DNA of 64,000 bases from Lingula anatina (lineage: Eukaryota; Animalia; Brachiopoda). The notes below the pieces were generated by a model. It was not told the DNA's origin and ran no database searches. It saw only the letters and a program-made list of their open reading frames with translations. Shown one piece after another: positions 1 through 64,000 of the stretch (within the stretch, counting starts at the first letter, position 1; the number at the start of each line of letters is the position of its first letter). Where the stretch lies: positions 25,550,401 to 25,614,400 of the forward strand of contig CM120641.1 of assembly GCA_051362555.1 (NCBI GenBank), given 5' to 3'. The position numbers were made by a program, and so were the translations under genes.

Positions 1-563
1 TGGCAATATTAACCATTTTGACAGGTTTTACTTGAAGGGAATGTACATATTATTCAATGCTCTACAAAGGTAATGGAAAATTACAAATCCTAAAAAATTG
101 TCCTTTTTAAATATATATATATCTCCTTAATAATAAATACAAATTATATAAAAATATTGACTGTGGATTTCAATAATCTCAGAATGTGCTATTATACAAT
201 CCAGTGGCATTGCTCCACTAGGTTCCAATACATTACAAAATTCAAACAATCTTTTGGCTTCGCTTATCACCAGTAAAAGTCAAGGATATAACAACTTGAA
301 AATTCATGTATTGTTTTATGTTTAAAGTCCTTTTCTGTTAAGAGTCCTATTAAAATGCAATCATTAAGATGATATTTTTTTTAAAAAACCATTCCCATGA
401 ATCTCTTCATATTAATATTTCACATTCATTGAGTCCTATTGGACCATTCGTCCTCAATTAAAATTATGATAGAAACATAGAGCATAAATCACTTTCTGAC
501 ACTAAAGGTGTTTTCAGTAACCTCTATGCAAGTCCTAAGTCCAAAGAATGACCCTTGGTTTTA

Positions 564-64000
<63,437 letters not shown>

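Overview
AT-rich animal genomic DNA, probably a marine invertebrate such as a mollusc (inference from the repeat types). Nearly the whole window is one minus-strand, intron-rich gene for a full-size ABCA-subfamily lipid transporter, closest in motifs to ABCA12/ABCA13. By hand I traced about 103 GT-AG exons in consistent phase, about 17.5 kb of coding sequence or about 5,830 aa, from the stop at 564-566 to the right edge. The N-terminus and TM1 lie beyond the window. The first extracellular domain is at least about 4,200 aa, and most of it is about 17-18 tandem copies of a four-exon, roughly 225-aa module with two Cys. The gene also has two equal-length (118 nt) alternative exons for TM2 and several candidate frame-preserving micro-exons before NBD1. 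Two mobile elements sit in introns. One is an intact Ty3/Gypsy LTR retrotransposon (25295-30747) with identical 98-bp TA...TA LTRs, a 5-bp TSD and an apparent self-priming site. The other is a non-autonomous Helentron/HINE-type element (about 59711-62498) carrying about 11 copies of a 146-bp satellite. Exon boundaries were read manually and a few may be off by some bases.
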